Shown here: in pieces, positions 32,144 to 42,733 of the stretch
Layout of the letters: each line of letters opens with the position of its first letter
Position numbering within the stretch: the first letter of the stretch is position 1
Source of the DNA: Candidatus Heimdallarchaeota archaeon
GTDB taxonomy: Archaea > Asgardarchaeota > Heimdallarchaeia > JABLTI01
Direction of reading: 5' to 3'
Assembly (NCBI GenBank): GCA_019058275.1
Contig: JAHLVW010000062.1
Location: 192,001 to 256,000, forward strand
DNA: 64,000 nucleotides
The notes under the pieces: model-generated
What the model saw: the letters and a program-made list of their open reading frames with translations, nothing else
Databases searched by the model: none
Told to the model about the DNA's origin: nothing
Position numbers and translations under genes: made by a program

Positions 32144-33487
32144 ATGGTTAAAAACGAAAACATTGAGATTGCTGAAAAAGTTGTAAACCTAGCTCAAAAA
32201 CTTGGTGCTGAACAATCTGAAGTTTGTTTGTTACAAGGAAATCAGCTGAGCATAAATCTTGAAGAGTCTAGTATTGTTAAAGCAAATAGTAGAAGCTCTA
32301 CTGGAATTGGCTTAAGAGTTTTCATTAAAAAAGCATCAGGATTAGCTTCTTCCACACAATTTGGCAAGTCAATTCTAGAATCTATGACAAAAGATGCGGT
32401 TTCACTTGCTAAAGCAAGCAATCCCGATCCAGATAATATTGGTTTTGCTCAACCTCCTGATAAATATCCAGAAGTTGCAGGATTGTATGATAAGAAATTA
32501 GCTAATATGAGTAGTGAAGCATTAGTTGAATTCGCAATTAGAGCATTAAATGCTGGCTTAGAAGTTGATTCTACCTTTAACATTGCAGGTACAATAAATC
32601 TCACAATTGGTACTAAAATTATAGTCAATTCTAATAGTGTTAATGTTACAAGTGACAATACATTCATGCAGATTTACCTAAGTAACAAGATAACAAAAGA
32701 TGATGATGTCGGAGTAGGTATGGAATACAACTTCGGTCGATCTATTGATGAATTTGATCCTGAAGAAGTTGGCAAAGTAGCTGCTGAAAAAGCTCTTAAA
32801 ATGCTTGGCGGTAAGAAAATAGATTCCGGGAATTATCCTTTCTTAATTGATCAACGAGCTACAAGACAGACTTTTAATGGTATTATCTCTAGAGGTGTTT
32901 CAGCATATAACATTATACAAGGAACTGCCTTCTTTAATGATCGATTAGCAGAAGAAATTGCTAGTTCAGCACTAACTATTATTGATAACCCACTCGAGGA
33001 AGGTGGTTATGGTAGTAGGTATTTTGATGATGAAGGTTCACCTTGTCAAAAGACTGTTATCGTTGACAAAGGTACACTACTATCCTATATCAGTGATGTT
33101 TATACAGCTAAGAAACTTGACATCCCAAATACTGGTAGTGCTTCGAAGCAAGGGTATGATGGAATTCCACATCCAAGCACAAGCCTAATACAAATAGAAC
33201 CTGGTTCAGCAACAAAAGACGAACTCTTTGCAGAACTTGGTACAGGACTATATTTGGAAAATGGTTTGATGGTAAGAGGAGGAACTAATATCAGCCAACA
33301 AGTTGATGTCGGATTCTGGGTAGAAAATGGAGAAATTCAATATCCAGTAAAGAACACTATGCTAGGAACAACAGTATATGATATTATGAAAAATGTCAAG
33401 TTAGTTGGAAAAGACTTGCTAGTTGAAGGTGGTATGAAATCACCAATGGTCTTAATTGGTCCAACTAAATTCTCTGGTGGAAAATAA
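32144..33487 (+). CDS. pmbA: PmbA/TldE protein
   Basis: Follows tldD with an AGGAGG ribosome-binding site; FDDEG, GFWVENGEIQYPV; no HExxH. Confidence 0.88.
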   Translation: MVKNENIEIAEKVVNLAQKLGAEQSEVCLLQGNQLSINLEESSIVKANSRSSTGIGLRVFIKKASGLASSTQFGKSILESMTKDAVSLAKASNPDPDNIGFAQPPDKYPEVAGLYDKKLANMSSEALVEFAIRALNAGLEVDSTFNIAGTINLTIGTKIIVNSNSVNVTSDNTFMQIYLSNKITKDDDVGVGMEYNFGRSIDEFDPEEVGKVAAEKALKMLGGKKIDSGNYPFLIDQRATRQTFNGIISRGVSAYNIIQGTAFFNDRLAEEIASSALTIIDNPLEEGGYGSRYFDDEGSPCQKTVIVDKGTLLSYISDVYTAKKLDIPNTGSASKQGYDGIPHPSTSLIQIEPGSATKDELFAELGTGLYLENGLMVRGGTNISQQVDVGFWVENGEIQYPVKNTMLGTTVYDIMKNVKLVGKDLLVEGGMKSPMVLIGPTKFSGGK

Positions 33488-33508
33488 GTAAATTAACTGA
33501 TAATTTAC

Positions 33509-35455
33509 TTATCCCATTTTCCTTTTTCTTATTATTATCATAACAGGGATGATAAAAACTAAAGTTATAGTGAGTGTTATTATTGGTTTTTCAATTCCAA
33601 ACCAACCTGTTCTTGTATCATTTAGTGGTGGTTCTAATTCCTCAAAATCTGACAATGTATCATCAGTAGATACGTCAATACTAAGGACTTGCCCTACTTG
33701 AATGTCCTCAATTTTGTTTTCTTCCCAAACGATTTCTTCATTTAAGATATGTCTAACGGTCAGGTTGATATCTTGAAGAGCGCTTGCTGCTGTGGAAGCA
33801 TTTACTACAACGCTAAATAAACCTGAAGAATCCTTTCTCAGAGCTTGTATGCTTGTTGCTGGAATCCTGATGTTTGTCATACCAAACAACATGTCATCTG
33901 CAAATGATGCTCCTTCTACACCTACTTCTATTCCTGGAAAACTCATCGGATTAGAACGTCCGATATGTAGAGGTCTCTCAAATGGATCTGTTTCTATAAA
34001 CACATGCATATGAATGGTTGGGTCAATTGGTCCAATTTGTATTTCATATAATTCTAAATATTGGTAATGATCAAAAACTAAGTAGTTTTGAGGATAAGTA
34101 CCAAAAATGAAATCATCCCAGCTTGTATCTTTTGAGATGTCAAAATCCTCGTATAGATAAGGATAAAGGAATCCAGTATACACATCTAATGTATCTGGAA
34201 AGCAAATTGTGAAACCAGTTATGTTATCATCACGAAATGATTCCGTTATAAATTGTTTATGCAATATTTTCCCTGAACCTTCTGATAACTTATCAAGTAA
34301 TTGTATTCCATAGGTTTCAAGAAGTGTACCATAAACCATTTTATGCCTATTATCTAAGACTGCTGACACAAAATCACCAAGATCAAGCATCATACATTTA
34401 GAGCTAATTAAATTGAGAGGATAAAACAGCTTTCCTCTTATTTCTCTAAAAAGTTCCTGTCCTCTTGTTATGTTCTCATATAATTCATAATATAGTGTTT
34501 CTACAAAATCAGTGAAAATACCTGATAAACTATCTCTACCGGTATGTGGCAGCTTATGTAGTTCTGTTAAGTCATATATAGCAACTGTTGGCCAAACAGG
34601 TCGACCACCATAAGGATCATCTGGGGCAATTATTGGGTTTGCTGCCCCACTAAACCCAATATCTGCTAACATTGAACTATCAATACCAGTATTTCTACTT
34701 AAATTATAGAGGATATCCATAGGATGGTAAAGTGCTGAACCTCTTTGAATTGTCTCTCCAGCAACAACATAATGAGCATTACCTTCTAACTGCCACATAA
34801 GCTCAAATGATCCTCCTAAACAAGTATCTAAAAAGATAACATCTACTCCTCGTACCCATGTAAGAGCATCATCAAATTCATCAATCTCTAAACAATCACC
34901 TAATGCATAATCAAAGTAAGGATGTGAAGCGTGGTAGTCAAAACAAAGCCCTGCATATCCCACGTCCATGATCAGACATGAGCAAAGCATAATTGTTTGC
35001 TGGATAGTTTGTTTTGCAAAAATCGATGAAATCTCGTAAAGTTATGGGATTACCCATATTTCTAGCTCCATAATTTGCTAAAGTAGTTATAATATTCTTA
35101 CGAAGCTCATACAATTTACATTGTCCATAAGGGTAATCTGCAGAATAAGGATGATCAAAAAGAGCGATTACATTCAAGTTTGTATGTGAACCATCTAACA
35201 GTTGATTGTGATAAATATCATTTATTGTATAGAACATTGCTTGTCCTAAACCATTTAATGAATTGTCCAATCTTGAGTAACATAACTGTCTTGAGTATCT
35301 GCACAAAAATATAACATGAAAGTCCAATTTTTGACTGCTTGCGGTCTAATCTCAGGTTCAATCGTAATGTTAGATTGTTTTGCGTTAGTAAAAATTGGAG
35401 TTAATAAAATAAAAACTATAAATAGAAAGGTTAGGTAATTTAATCCCTTTTTCAT
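33509..35455 (-). pseudogene. Clostripain (peptidase C11) family, secreted and C-terminally anchored; two frameshifts
   Basis: NWTFMLYFCAD, YPANNYALLMSDHG, IFLDTCL; C-terminal TM and basic tail; frameshifts near 35280 and 34960. Confidence 0.85.
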
Positions 35456-35585
35456 TAGAGGTTCCCCCGGGAGATATTTCCTAAAATATATTGTCGCTTG
35501 AAGGTTATAAGTTTAAGCTCAAAAAATTCATTATCTTTTAAAGTACTAATTAATAGTAGTTATTGATTTAAGTGGTGATTGAATT

Positions 35586-35921
35586 TTGAACAAAGTTTTC
35601 CTTATTTTAAGTAGTGCTGATATGGAAGTGCATAAAGAATTAACCCTCAGATTAGCTCTTAATACTCTCAAGAAAAAATGGATGGAAGAAGTAAGAGTAA
35701 TTCTCTGGGGACCAACAGAAAAACTAGCTATAGAGAATAGTTGGTTCCAAGAACAGATTAAATTGCTGATAGATTCAGGTTTGGAAGTCTATGCATGTAA
35801 AGCTTGTAGTGATGAATATGGAGTAAGTCAACAGCTAAGTGAAATAGGAGTTAATGTTGATTATATGGGTAGATTCACAATGAAGATGCTGAAAGAAGGC
35901 TGGAATCAAATGACATTCTAA
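35586..35921 (+). CDS. DsrE-like protein
   Basis: VILWGP, VYACKACSDEYGV. Confidence 0.8.
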   Translation: MNKVFLILSSADMEVHKELTLRLALNTLKKKWMEEVRVILWGPTEKLAIENSWFQEQIKLLIDSGLEVYACKACSDEYGVSQQLSEIGVNVDYMGRFTMKMLKEGWNQMTF

Positions 35922-35940
35922 AGAAAGCAAAATTATTTTC

Positions 35941-36912
35941 TTATTTTTTCAAAAATTTTCTTATTTGAATTGAAGAAAATATTATAGAACTTAATGCTAT
36001 TACTACTCTGAAACCACTTATACTATTAGTGAAATCTCTATCACATGGATCATCTGTATTCATATCTCCAATATCAGGTGGAACACATATACTATAACCA
36101 GCTATATCAATAAAATACCTTCCAGCTTTTAAGTGATGACAATATTCAATGATATCTGGATTACATAAACAGCTATTTTGAAAGTAAACTGGTGTGTTAA
36201 CAATGGAATATGAACTTCCATGAACAATCTTGTTAATTTCTTCTCTGTTAATTGCATAAGCTATTGCTTTTCTGACTGCTAAACCTATTGACATTTTAGG
36301 TCTTAAAGGACAGGGATCTCTATTACCTATTGCAGGTCTAGCTTCTCGCATATTGAAAGCAAGCATACTGAATGAATCATTATCCTTTGTAAAGAGAGGG
36401 ACTCCTGGAAGGATTTTATCCATGAGATACTGTTGCCATTCCCAGTTAAGATTTATGCTAGCATTTGAATCTGGAGGATATAATTGCGAACCATTTTGTA
36501 TATACCATTCATTTCTTCCTGTTTGCAGCTCATCATCCCAATCCATACTAGTATCATATCCAAATACATTATAGATTCCATTTTCGCTATAATAGTTAGT
36601 CAAATAAGGATCAAATTCTGTTTGATTTATTTCTATTATCGTTAAATCAAAATTTCTGAAAGTCATTAATTCATTCTGCCAAACAAAAGGATCTTGGATA
36701 GTTATTTTTAAATCTATGCCAATAAATCTTAATTGTTGTTTAATCAAATTGAAATAGTCAACACCATAACTATCTGATGGAATTTTCGCATAGAGGTAAA
36801 AATATGCATATGGTAATTTTTGTAGTGTGGGTTGCACCTGAATAATTGAGGATATAGTTAATATTAGAATAACTATACCAACTAAATTCTTTCTTTTTGA
36901 TTTTCCTCTCAT
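35941..36912 (-). CDS. Single-lobe (domain III only) permuted family-5 solute-binding-like protein, C-terminal TM anchor
   Basis: QQLRFIGI...LPGVPLF-TKDNDS-FSMLAFN...VRKAIAYAINREEIN. Confidence 0.8.
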   Translation of the reverse strand: MRGKSKRKNLVGIVILILTISSIIQVQPTLQKLPYAYFYLYAKIPSDSYGVDYFNLIKQQLRFIGIDLKITIQDPFVWQNELMTFRNFDLTIIEINQTEFDPYLTNYYSENGIYNVFGYDTSMDWDDELQTGRNEWYIQNGSQLYPPDSNASINLNWEWQQYLMDKILPGVPLFTKDNDSFSMLAFNMREARPAIGNRDPCPLRPKMSIGLAVRKAIAYAINREEINKIVHGSSYSIVNTPVYFQNSCLCNPDIIEYCHHLKAGRYFIDIAGYSICVPPDIGDMNTDDPCDRDFTNSISGFRVVIALSSIIFSSIQIRKFLKK

Positions 36913-37913
36913 CTTTTTATTCTCTTTTTATTTTGATATAAAATTACTAATGATACTGTAAATATTGAGCATAGAATAAATTCTATTGAGTTATCTATTG
37001 TAACGGTATTATATTCTTCACAAACTTCCTCCCATTTAGGCCAAGTAGGAATATCCTTCTTTTTTTCTTTCTGGCCACAAATTCGAGTAACGCCTAAATC
37101 ATATCCTGACAGTGTCATAACATCCCTACTTACTTGCAGATTGTGACAGTACTTTATAATATTAGGATTGCACCATGAGCTATTCATTAGAGTTATAGGC
37201 CAGTGTGAAATTTCGTATTTGCCACCATGAACAATATTATTTATCTCTTCTCTGTCTATTGCATAAACAATAGCTTTTCTAACAGCAAGACCAATTGATT
37301 TATCTGGATATAATGGACAAGGATCTCTATTTCCTAAAACTGGTCTTACTTCTCTTAAATTAAATACAAGCATACTTAGGGTATCGTTATTTATAATAAA
37401 AAGAGGTAAACATGGTAAAATATCATCCATCAGGTAATGCTGCCATTCCCAATTAAGTTTTAAGTTTTCAGTTGAATTCTGAGGATATAGAACTGAACCA
37501 TTTTGTATATACCACTCATTTCTTCCAGTTTCTAGCTCATCATCCCAATCCAAGGATATGTCATAACCAATTAGATTGTTGTATGTACCATTTTCACTAT
37601 ATAATTCTGGAAAATAAGGATTGAAGATTTCTTGCTTTAATTCTATATAAGCTATATCAAAATCACTCATAGAATAATAAGGCTCAACAAAAAGCGGATT
37701 GTTTGCTAAAATATCAAGTCTAATTCCAATTCTAGCTAATTGTTGTTTTACCAAATTCAAATAATCAGGACCATTGTTGTCACTTCTTGTTTTAGCTATT
37801 AAGAGAAAAAAAGAATCTGGATTTGCAGCTAATGTTTGTTTTTGAACGTAGAGTATGCTAGAACAGATAAGTAAAACTAATATGATTCTCTTTATCCTAT
37901 TCTTCCCAATCAA
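36909..37913 (-). CDS. Single-lobe (domain III only) permuted family-5 solute-binding-like protein, C-terminal TM anchor
   Basis: QQLARIGI...LPCLPLF-IINNDT-LSMLVFN...VRKAIVYAIDREEIN; ATGA overlap with the next gene. Confidence 0.8.
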   Translation of the reverse strand: MIGKNRIKRIILVLLICSSILYVQKQTLAANPDSFFLLIAKTRSDNNGPDYLNLVKQQLARIGIRLDILANNPLFVEPYYSMSDFDIAYIELKQEIFNPYFPELYSENGTYNNLIGYDISLDWDDELETGRNEWYIQNGSVLYPQNSTENLKLNWEWQHYLMDDILPCLPLFIINNDTLSMLVFNLREVRPVLGNRDPCPLYPDKSIGLAVRKAIVYAIDREEINNIVHGGKYEISHWPITLMNSSWCNPNIIKYCHNLQVSRDVMTLSGYDLGVTRICGQKEKKKDIPTWPKWEEVCEEYNTVTIDNSIEFILCSIFTVSLVILYQNKKRIKR

Positions 37914-37963
37914 TGTAATTTTCCATCCACCTTTTTTTTACTTTAATTGACTTCCCTTGCTTC

Positions 37964-38000
37964 AAAGACTATATAAACCTTTTTGGTTTATATAGTCTTT
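37964..38000. promoter_or_regulatory. Perfect 16-bp inverted repeat containing TATA boxes on both strands
   Basis: aaagactatataaacc-ttttt-ggtttatatagtcttt in a divergent intergenic region. Confidence 0.6.
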
Positions 38001-38142
38001 TATCTTTTACAAAATGTGGTTTTGAATGTTAGAACCTTAAGAAAATAACTAAGAATGAATAATTAAGAATCTGATAATCGTTAAAATAAGAACTGAGCAA
38101 TTTTTATGAATAGTAAAAACTAATTATATTAGAGGTAAGAAA

Positions 38143-38652
38143 ATGGAATTAATGGAAGGAATTCTAACTAGGAGAAGCATTCGTAAGTTTACTGATAAAT
38201 CGGTAACAAAAGAAATCATCGATGATTTATTACGAGCAGCTATGCAAGCACCATCAGCTGGAAATAATCAACCATGGCATTTTGTAGTTATTGATGATCG
38301 CAAGATATTGGATAAAGTTCCTGATTTTCATCCTTATTCAAAAATGTTGAAAGAAGCTCCAATAGCAATTTTGGTTTGTGCTCAAGTAACAACTGAGAAA
38401 TATTGTGATTACTGGGTACAAGATTGTTCTGCTGCAACACAAAATCTACTTTTAGCAGCACATGCTAAGGGACTAGGTGCAGTTTGGTTAGGAATGTATC
38501 CTAGACAAGAAAGGGTTACTGGAATTCAAGAACTATTAGGACTTCCAGCAGATATTATTCCTCTCTCTTTGAATGCAATTGGTTATCCTGCTGAGAAGAA
38601 AGAACCGGCTGATCGATACAATAAAGATAAAATTCGTTACAACAAATGGTGA
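38143..38652 (+). CDS. Nitroreductase family protein
   Basis: RRSIRKF, APSAGNNQPW, LAAHAKGLGAVW. Confidence 0.93.
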   Translation: MELMEGILTRRSIRKFTDKSVTKEIIDDLLRAAMQAPSAGNNQPWHFVVIDDRKILDKVPDFHPYSKMLKEAPIAILVCAQVTTEKYCDYWVQDCSAATQNLLLAAHAKGLGAVWLGMYPRQERVTGIQELLGLPADIIPLSLNAIGYPAEKKEPADRYNKDKIRYNKW

Positions 38653-38757
38653 TTTATCACCTTCCTTTTTTTTTGCCCCCACCAACGATTTATTAAATGA
38701 TTTTAGATACTATTTTTTAGTGGTTCAAGTTAAAAAACTGAATTTTTGGGATTTATT

Positions 38758-39096
38758 ATGAAAATCAAATTGTTAATTAACACACCAGACCTTTCAGTTG
38801 GAGGGAATTCTCCTAAGAAATCCGTTGATTTGAAATCAGATGACTATAAAGGAAAATCAATTAAGCAGGTCGTTTCAAAGCATATTTTCTCTGACATTCT
38901 ACAAGGACAAGATGAGAGTATAGCAGCCCAAGCTATTGAATTGTTATTTAATTTCGTTCAACCAAAAAATGTAACAGATGTTGATAACTGGTGGTCACAA
39001 CCTTTTGAATCTCTAATAGCTGATGATTTTAAAGAAGTTAATTTAGATTTGGAATTCAGCCAAGAAGGCATTGCTTTTATGGAACAAATGATGTAG
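38758..39096 (+). CDS. Hypothetical protein
   Basis: Intact ORF between two co-oriented genes, followed by a hairpin and T-tract. Confidence 0.55.
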   Translation: MKIKLLINTPDLSVGGNSPKKSVDLKSDDYKGKSIKQVVSKHIFSDILQGQDESIAAQAIELLFNFVQPKNVTDVDNWWSQPFESLIADDFKEVNLDLEFSQEGIAFMEQMM

Positions 39097-39108
39097 AAGG
39101 TCTCAAAT

Positions 39109-39134
39109 TAGGAGTTTTACTCCTATCTTTTTTT
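39109..39134 (+). terminator. Hairpin plus T-tract
   Basis: taggagt-ttt-actccta followed by T7. Confidence 0.5.
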
Positions 39135-39215
39135 CAATATTTCATTTCTTGATAACAAAATATAAGTAATGATAACATTTTCAAATATCGCAGAAAAGTA
39201 ATTGATGGATTCGAA

Positions 39216-40709
39216 ATGAAAGTTTCTACATTAATATCTGATCTGGAAAAAATCGATACACCATTATTGATTATTGGTGGTATCGAAAAGGCTAAGGATG
39301 ATTCATTAATTATCAAAGATCCTCTTGGTAAAATTATTAAAGATATAATAGATCTTGAGGATTTCAAAGGAGAATCAGGAAAACTAATCTTTGCTTATAC
39401 TCATGGAAAGCTTCCTGCAAAGCGACTTTTATTAATGGGTTTAGGTAAAGAAGAGGATTTGACAGCTGAAAGCATACGAAAAGCTTTTGGCGATGCATCA
39501 AGAAAAGCAAGAGATCTTGGAGTCAAGAAAATTGCAATCAGCTTAGATCACTTTCTAAGGAATAAACTTGATTTGGTAGATGTTACTGAGGCAATCGTTC
39601 AAGGATTAATTATGGGCAGTTTTCAAAATTTAAAGTACAAGACAAAGAAGCTTGATAAATTCAAACATCTAAAAGAACTAACTTTAGTTAGTAAGGATGT
39701 TGATGAGAAGAAACTCAAAAGTGCTGCTAAATCTGGTAAGATTATAGCTAATGCTGTTAATTTCAATAGGGAATTAGCATGGGGACCAGCAAATGACATT
39801 ACTCCTACAAAGCTTGCAGAAGAAGCTGATCGTTTAGCTAAAGAGCATGGTATCATAACAACTATTTTCGATCGAAAGAAATCAGAGGAAATTGGTTTAC
39901 ATAGTTTCATAGCTGTTGCACAAGGAACTGAGGAACCTCCTAAATTCATTATCATGGATTATGGTAGTGATAAAACAGATGTTGATACTATTGCTTTAAT
40001 TGGTAAAGCAATTACCTTTGACACTGGAGGTATAAGCCTAAAACCGGGACAAGATATGCTCAATATGAAAGCTGATATGTCTGGTGGTGCAGTTGTAGTT
40101 GCTGCAATGGAGGCTATTGCTAAACTAAAACCCAATTTGCGTGTTATTGGATTAGTTCCTGCTACAGATAACATGCCTTCAGGTAAAGCCTATCATCCAG
40201 GTGATGTAATCAAAAGTTATTCTGGACAAACTATTGAAGTCATAAGCACAGATGCAGAAGGTCGTATGGTCATTAATGATGCTTTAACATATGCTGCTCG
40301 TACCTATAAACCAAAAGCAATGTTTGATTTTGCTACTTTAACAGGTTCAATGATGATTGCTCTAGGTAGTCATGCAATAGGTTATTTTGCTAATGATGAT
40401 GAATTAGCAGTTATACTTGAGGAAGCATCTAAAACATCTGGTGAAAGAGTATGGCGTATGCCCTTATGGGAAGTTTATGATCAACAACTTAAGAGTGATG
40501 TGGCAGATTTCAAGCACACAGGAGGAAGACCTGGTGGAGCAATTACAGCTGCTAGATTTCTTAGCAAGTTTGTTGAAGAAGTCCCTTGGATTCACATGGA
40601 TATCGCTGGTGTCTCAAGACAGGAAAGTGATAAAGGATATAACCCTAAAGGTGGCAAAGGAGCTGCTGTACGCTTAATAATAGATGTCATCAGAAATTGG
40701 AAACAATAA
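39216..40709 (+). CDS. pepA: Leucyl aminopeptidase (M17)
   Basis: GKAITFDTGG, MKADMSG, STDAEGR, ATLTG, WIHMDIAG. Confidence 0.95.
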   Translation: MKVSTLISDLEKIDTPLLIIGGIEKAKDDSLIIKDPLGKIIKDIIDLEDFKGESGKLIFAYTHGKLPAKRLLLMGLGKEEDLTAESIRKAFGDASRKARDLGVKKIAISLDHFLRNKLDLVDVTEAIVQGLIMGSFQNLKYKTKKLDKFKHLKELTLVSKDVDEKKLKSAAKSGKIIANAVNFNRELAWGPANDITPTKLAEEADRLAKEHGIITTIFDRKKSEEIGLHSFIAVAQGTEEPPKFIIMDYGSDKTDVDTIALIGKAITFDTGGISLKPGQDMLNMKADMSGGAVVVAAMEAIAKLKPNLRVIGLVPATDNMPSGKAYHPGDVIKSYSGQTIEVISTDAEGRMVINDALTYAARTYKPKAMFDFATLTGSMMIALGSHAIGYFANDDELAVILEEASKTSGERVWRMPLWEVYDQQLKSDVADFKHTGGRPGGAITAARFLSKFVEEVPWIHMDIAGVSRQESDKGYNPKGGKGAAVRLIIDVIRNWKQ

Positions 40710-40731
40710 GGTGAAAGATATTTTTCACCTT
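40708..40731. terminator. 9-bp inverted repeat between convergent genes
   Basis: aaggtgaaa-gatatt-tttcacctt. Confidence 0.5.
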
Positions 40732-40741
40732 TAATTTTTTA

Positions 40742-42622
40742 TTAATTATATTTTCTAGGTTTCTTTTTGTTAATCAAAACTAATATTACAGCTGCAAAAA
40801 TTATCGCTATAGAATAGAGATTAATACTTAATTGAGTTGTAAAACCAGGGATATCAAAACCAGCTATTTCCATAAAAGTTTTAGCTCTTTTTAGGTTATA
40901 ATCATAGACAATGATATCGGGATTACACCAAATACCTAAAGCAGGATAAATTGGTGTATTATATATATAATAATCTCCATCATGTATAACCTGATTAATT
41001 TCTTCACGATTAATAGCATGACAAATTGCTTTTCTGATAGCCAATCCTTTTGTTAGTAATGGATCACGAGGAGCAGGATCACGATCCCCTAAAATTCCTC
41101 TCTCATTTCGAATATTAAAAGCTACAAAGCTAAACGAATATGTAAACTTTTTATGCACGTCAAAATTCCTGTCCTCTTGAAATTCTATTCTCTTTTCTCT
41201 ATTCCAACCTATTCCTTCAACATCTACCTTCCCAGCTTCAAATTCCAACAAAGATTTTTGTAAATCTGGTATAATTCTAATTCGTAATTGTGTTAATCCT
41301 CTTGAAAAATTTCCAAAACGTCGTTCCCAATCAAGATCTGGATTATTTGTTTTATCAGGATCTAACCACCAGCAATCAGGTCTAATAGTTAGTACAGTTT
41401 CAACACCTTGCACATAATTTCCTATTTCAAATAAGCCTGTTCCATATCCACTCTGTGAGTACTCATTCCATGATGCATGTGTAGTATTTGGAGTGATGTT
41501 ATCATCTAATTGTGTTTGATTTAGAAAATGCTCTGGAAGAATATACTCTGATATCCTGTGCAGATATGGTGCAAATGGTTCGTTTTCTGGAGTATTTGGA
41601 TTGCCATCAATAAAAATATCCAGAGTATATTCATCAACTATAACCATATCTTCTATCCATTCATATAGGTCCTGATTATTTGCTACCTCTTTCCAACAAT
41701 ACAATGTAAAGAAAACATCTCTAGCATCTAGATATTCATTTGTAAAACCCCAATCAGGTATATCTGCCCATTTTATACCTTCACGTATCTCAATACGAAT
41801 ATGTGTATCGTTTATATGTGTGAAGCTTTTTGCTAAGTGAGGCCAAACTGTTTGATCTGTATCAAACCAAATCAAAGGATCCAATGTAGCACTGGATACT
41901 AAATTTGATGAACTATCATTTTGAAACAAAGGTGAAAGTTCAGACCATTCAGCATCAGTTATGACTATTTCACTAGTGTTTTTTTGTCCTAGATGTTTAT
42001 CTGACCAAAACATCTTCCCCCAAGATTGAAGGATACCATCTGAATAATTGTAACCTTTAAGTTGTGACCAAGAAACAATAAAATAAGAAGGTGTAAACAT
42101 TGGAAGAAGTGGTAAAATATTATCCATAAGATGTTCTTGCCAATCATAATAATGTTGTATTCTCTCATCCGAATTAGGTGGCATAATGGTTCTTCCTTCT
42201 TTCAGATACCATTCATTTTTCCCAGTTCCTAGTTCATCATTCCAATCCATGGAAGTATCATAACCAAAAAGATTAAGTGAACCGTTTTCATCATAAACAC
42301 CAGTAAAATCTGGATTACCACCACCACCAGTAAGTCCAATGAAAGTAATATCAAAATTAAAGCCCATTAACATCTCATAAACAAATGTTGACCAATCAAC
42401 ATTTCTAATATTCAAATTAATTCCTATTCGATTTAATTGTTGATTTAACATATTGAAATAATCAGGTTTAACTCCTCCTCCGTGTTCTAAAGCTTCTAAA
42501 GTAAAGAATGGTGAAATAGAATTCGTCTTAATTGGTTCAACAAGAACTAATGTAGTTGATATAATGATTATAATATTTATACAGAGAGAAAACCTTCTCT
42601 TATTTCCCCTCAAAATACTCAC
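40742..42622 (-). CDS. Circularly permuted family-5 (DppA/OppA-like) solute-binding protein with C-terminal TM anchor
   Basis: PHLAKSF, IREGIKW, GTGLF, RKAICHAINR; the normally C-terminal segment (QQLNRIGI..DW) is at the N-terminus. Confidence 0.88.
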   Translation of the reverse strand: MSILRGNKRRFSLCINIIIIISTTLVLVEPIKTNSISPFFTLEALEHGGGVKPDYFNMLNQQLNRIGINLNIRNVDWSTFVYEMLMGFNFDITFIGLTGGGGNPDFTGVYDENGSLNLFGYDTSMDWNDELGTGKNEWYLKEGRTIMPPNSDERIQHYYDWQEHLMDNILPLLPMFTPSYFIVSWSQLKGYNYSDGILQSWGKMFWSDKHLGQKNTSEIVITDAEWSELSPLFQNDSSSNLVSSATLDPLIWFDTDQTVWPHLAKSFTHINDTHIRIEIREGIKWADIPDWGFTNEYLDARDVFFTLYCWKEVANNQDLYEWIEDMVIVDEYTLDIFIDGNPNTPENEPFAPYLHRISEYILPEHFLNQTQLDDNITPNTTHASWNEYSQSGYGTGLFEIGNYVQGVETVLTIRPDCWWLDPDKTNNPDLDWERRFGNFSRGLTQLRIRIIPDLQKSLLEFEAGKVDVEGIGWNREKRIEFQEDRNFDVHKKFTYSFSFVAFNIRNERGILGDRDPAPRDPLLTKGLAIRKAICHAINREEINQVIHDGDYYIYNTPIYPALGIWCNPDIIVYDYNLKRAKTFMEIAGFDIPGFTTQLSINLYSIAIIFAAVILVLINKKKPRKYN

Positions 42623-42733
42623 ACAATACTTACTGTCAAACTTATTATAAATACTTTTTAGTATAACAAAGTGTTTGATTCTTTCTTAGTATAAAAAAGG
42701 GATTTGACTAGTAGCAGTCACACCTATGCTTTA

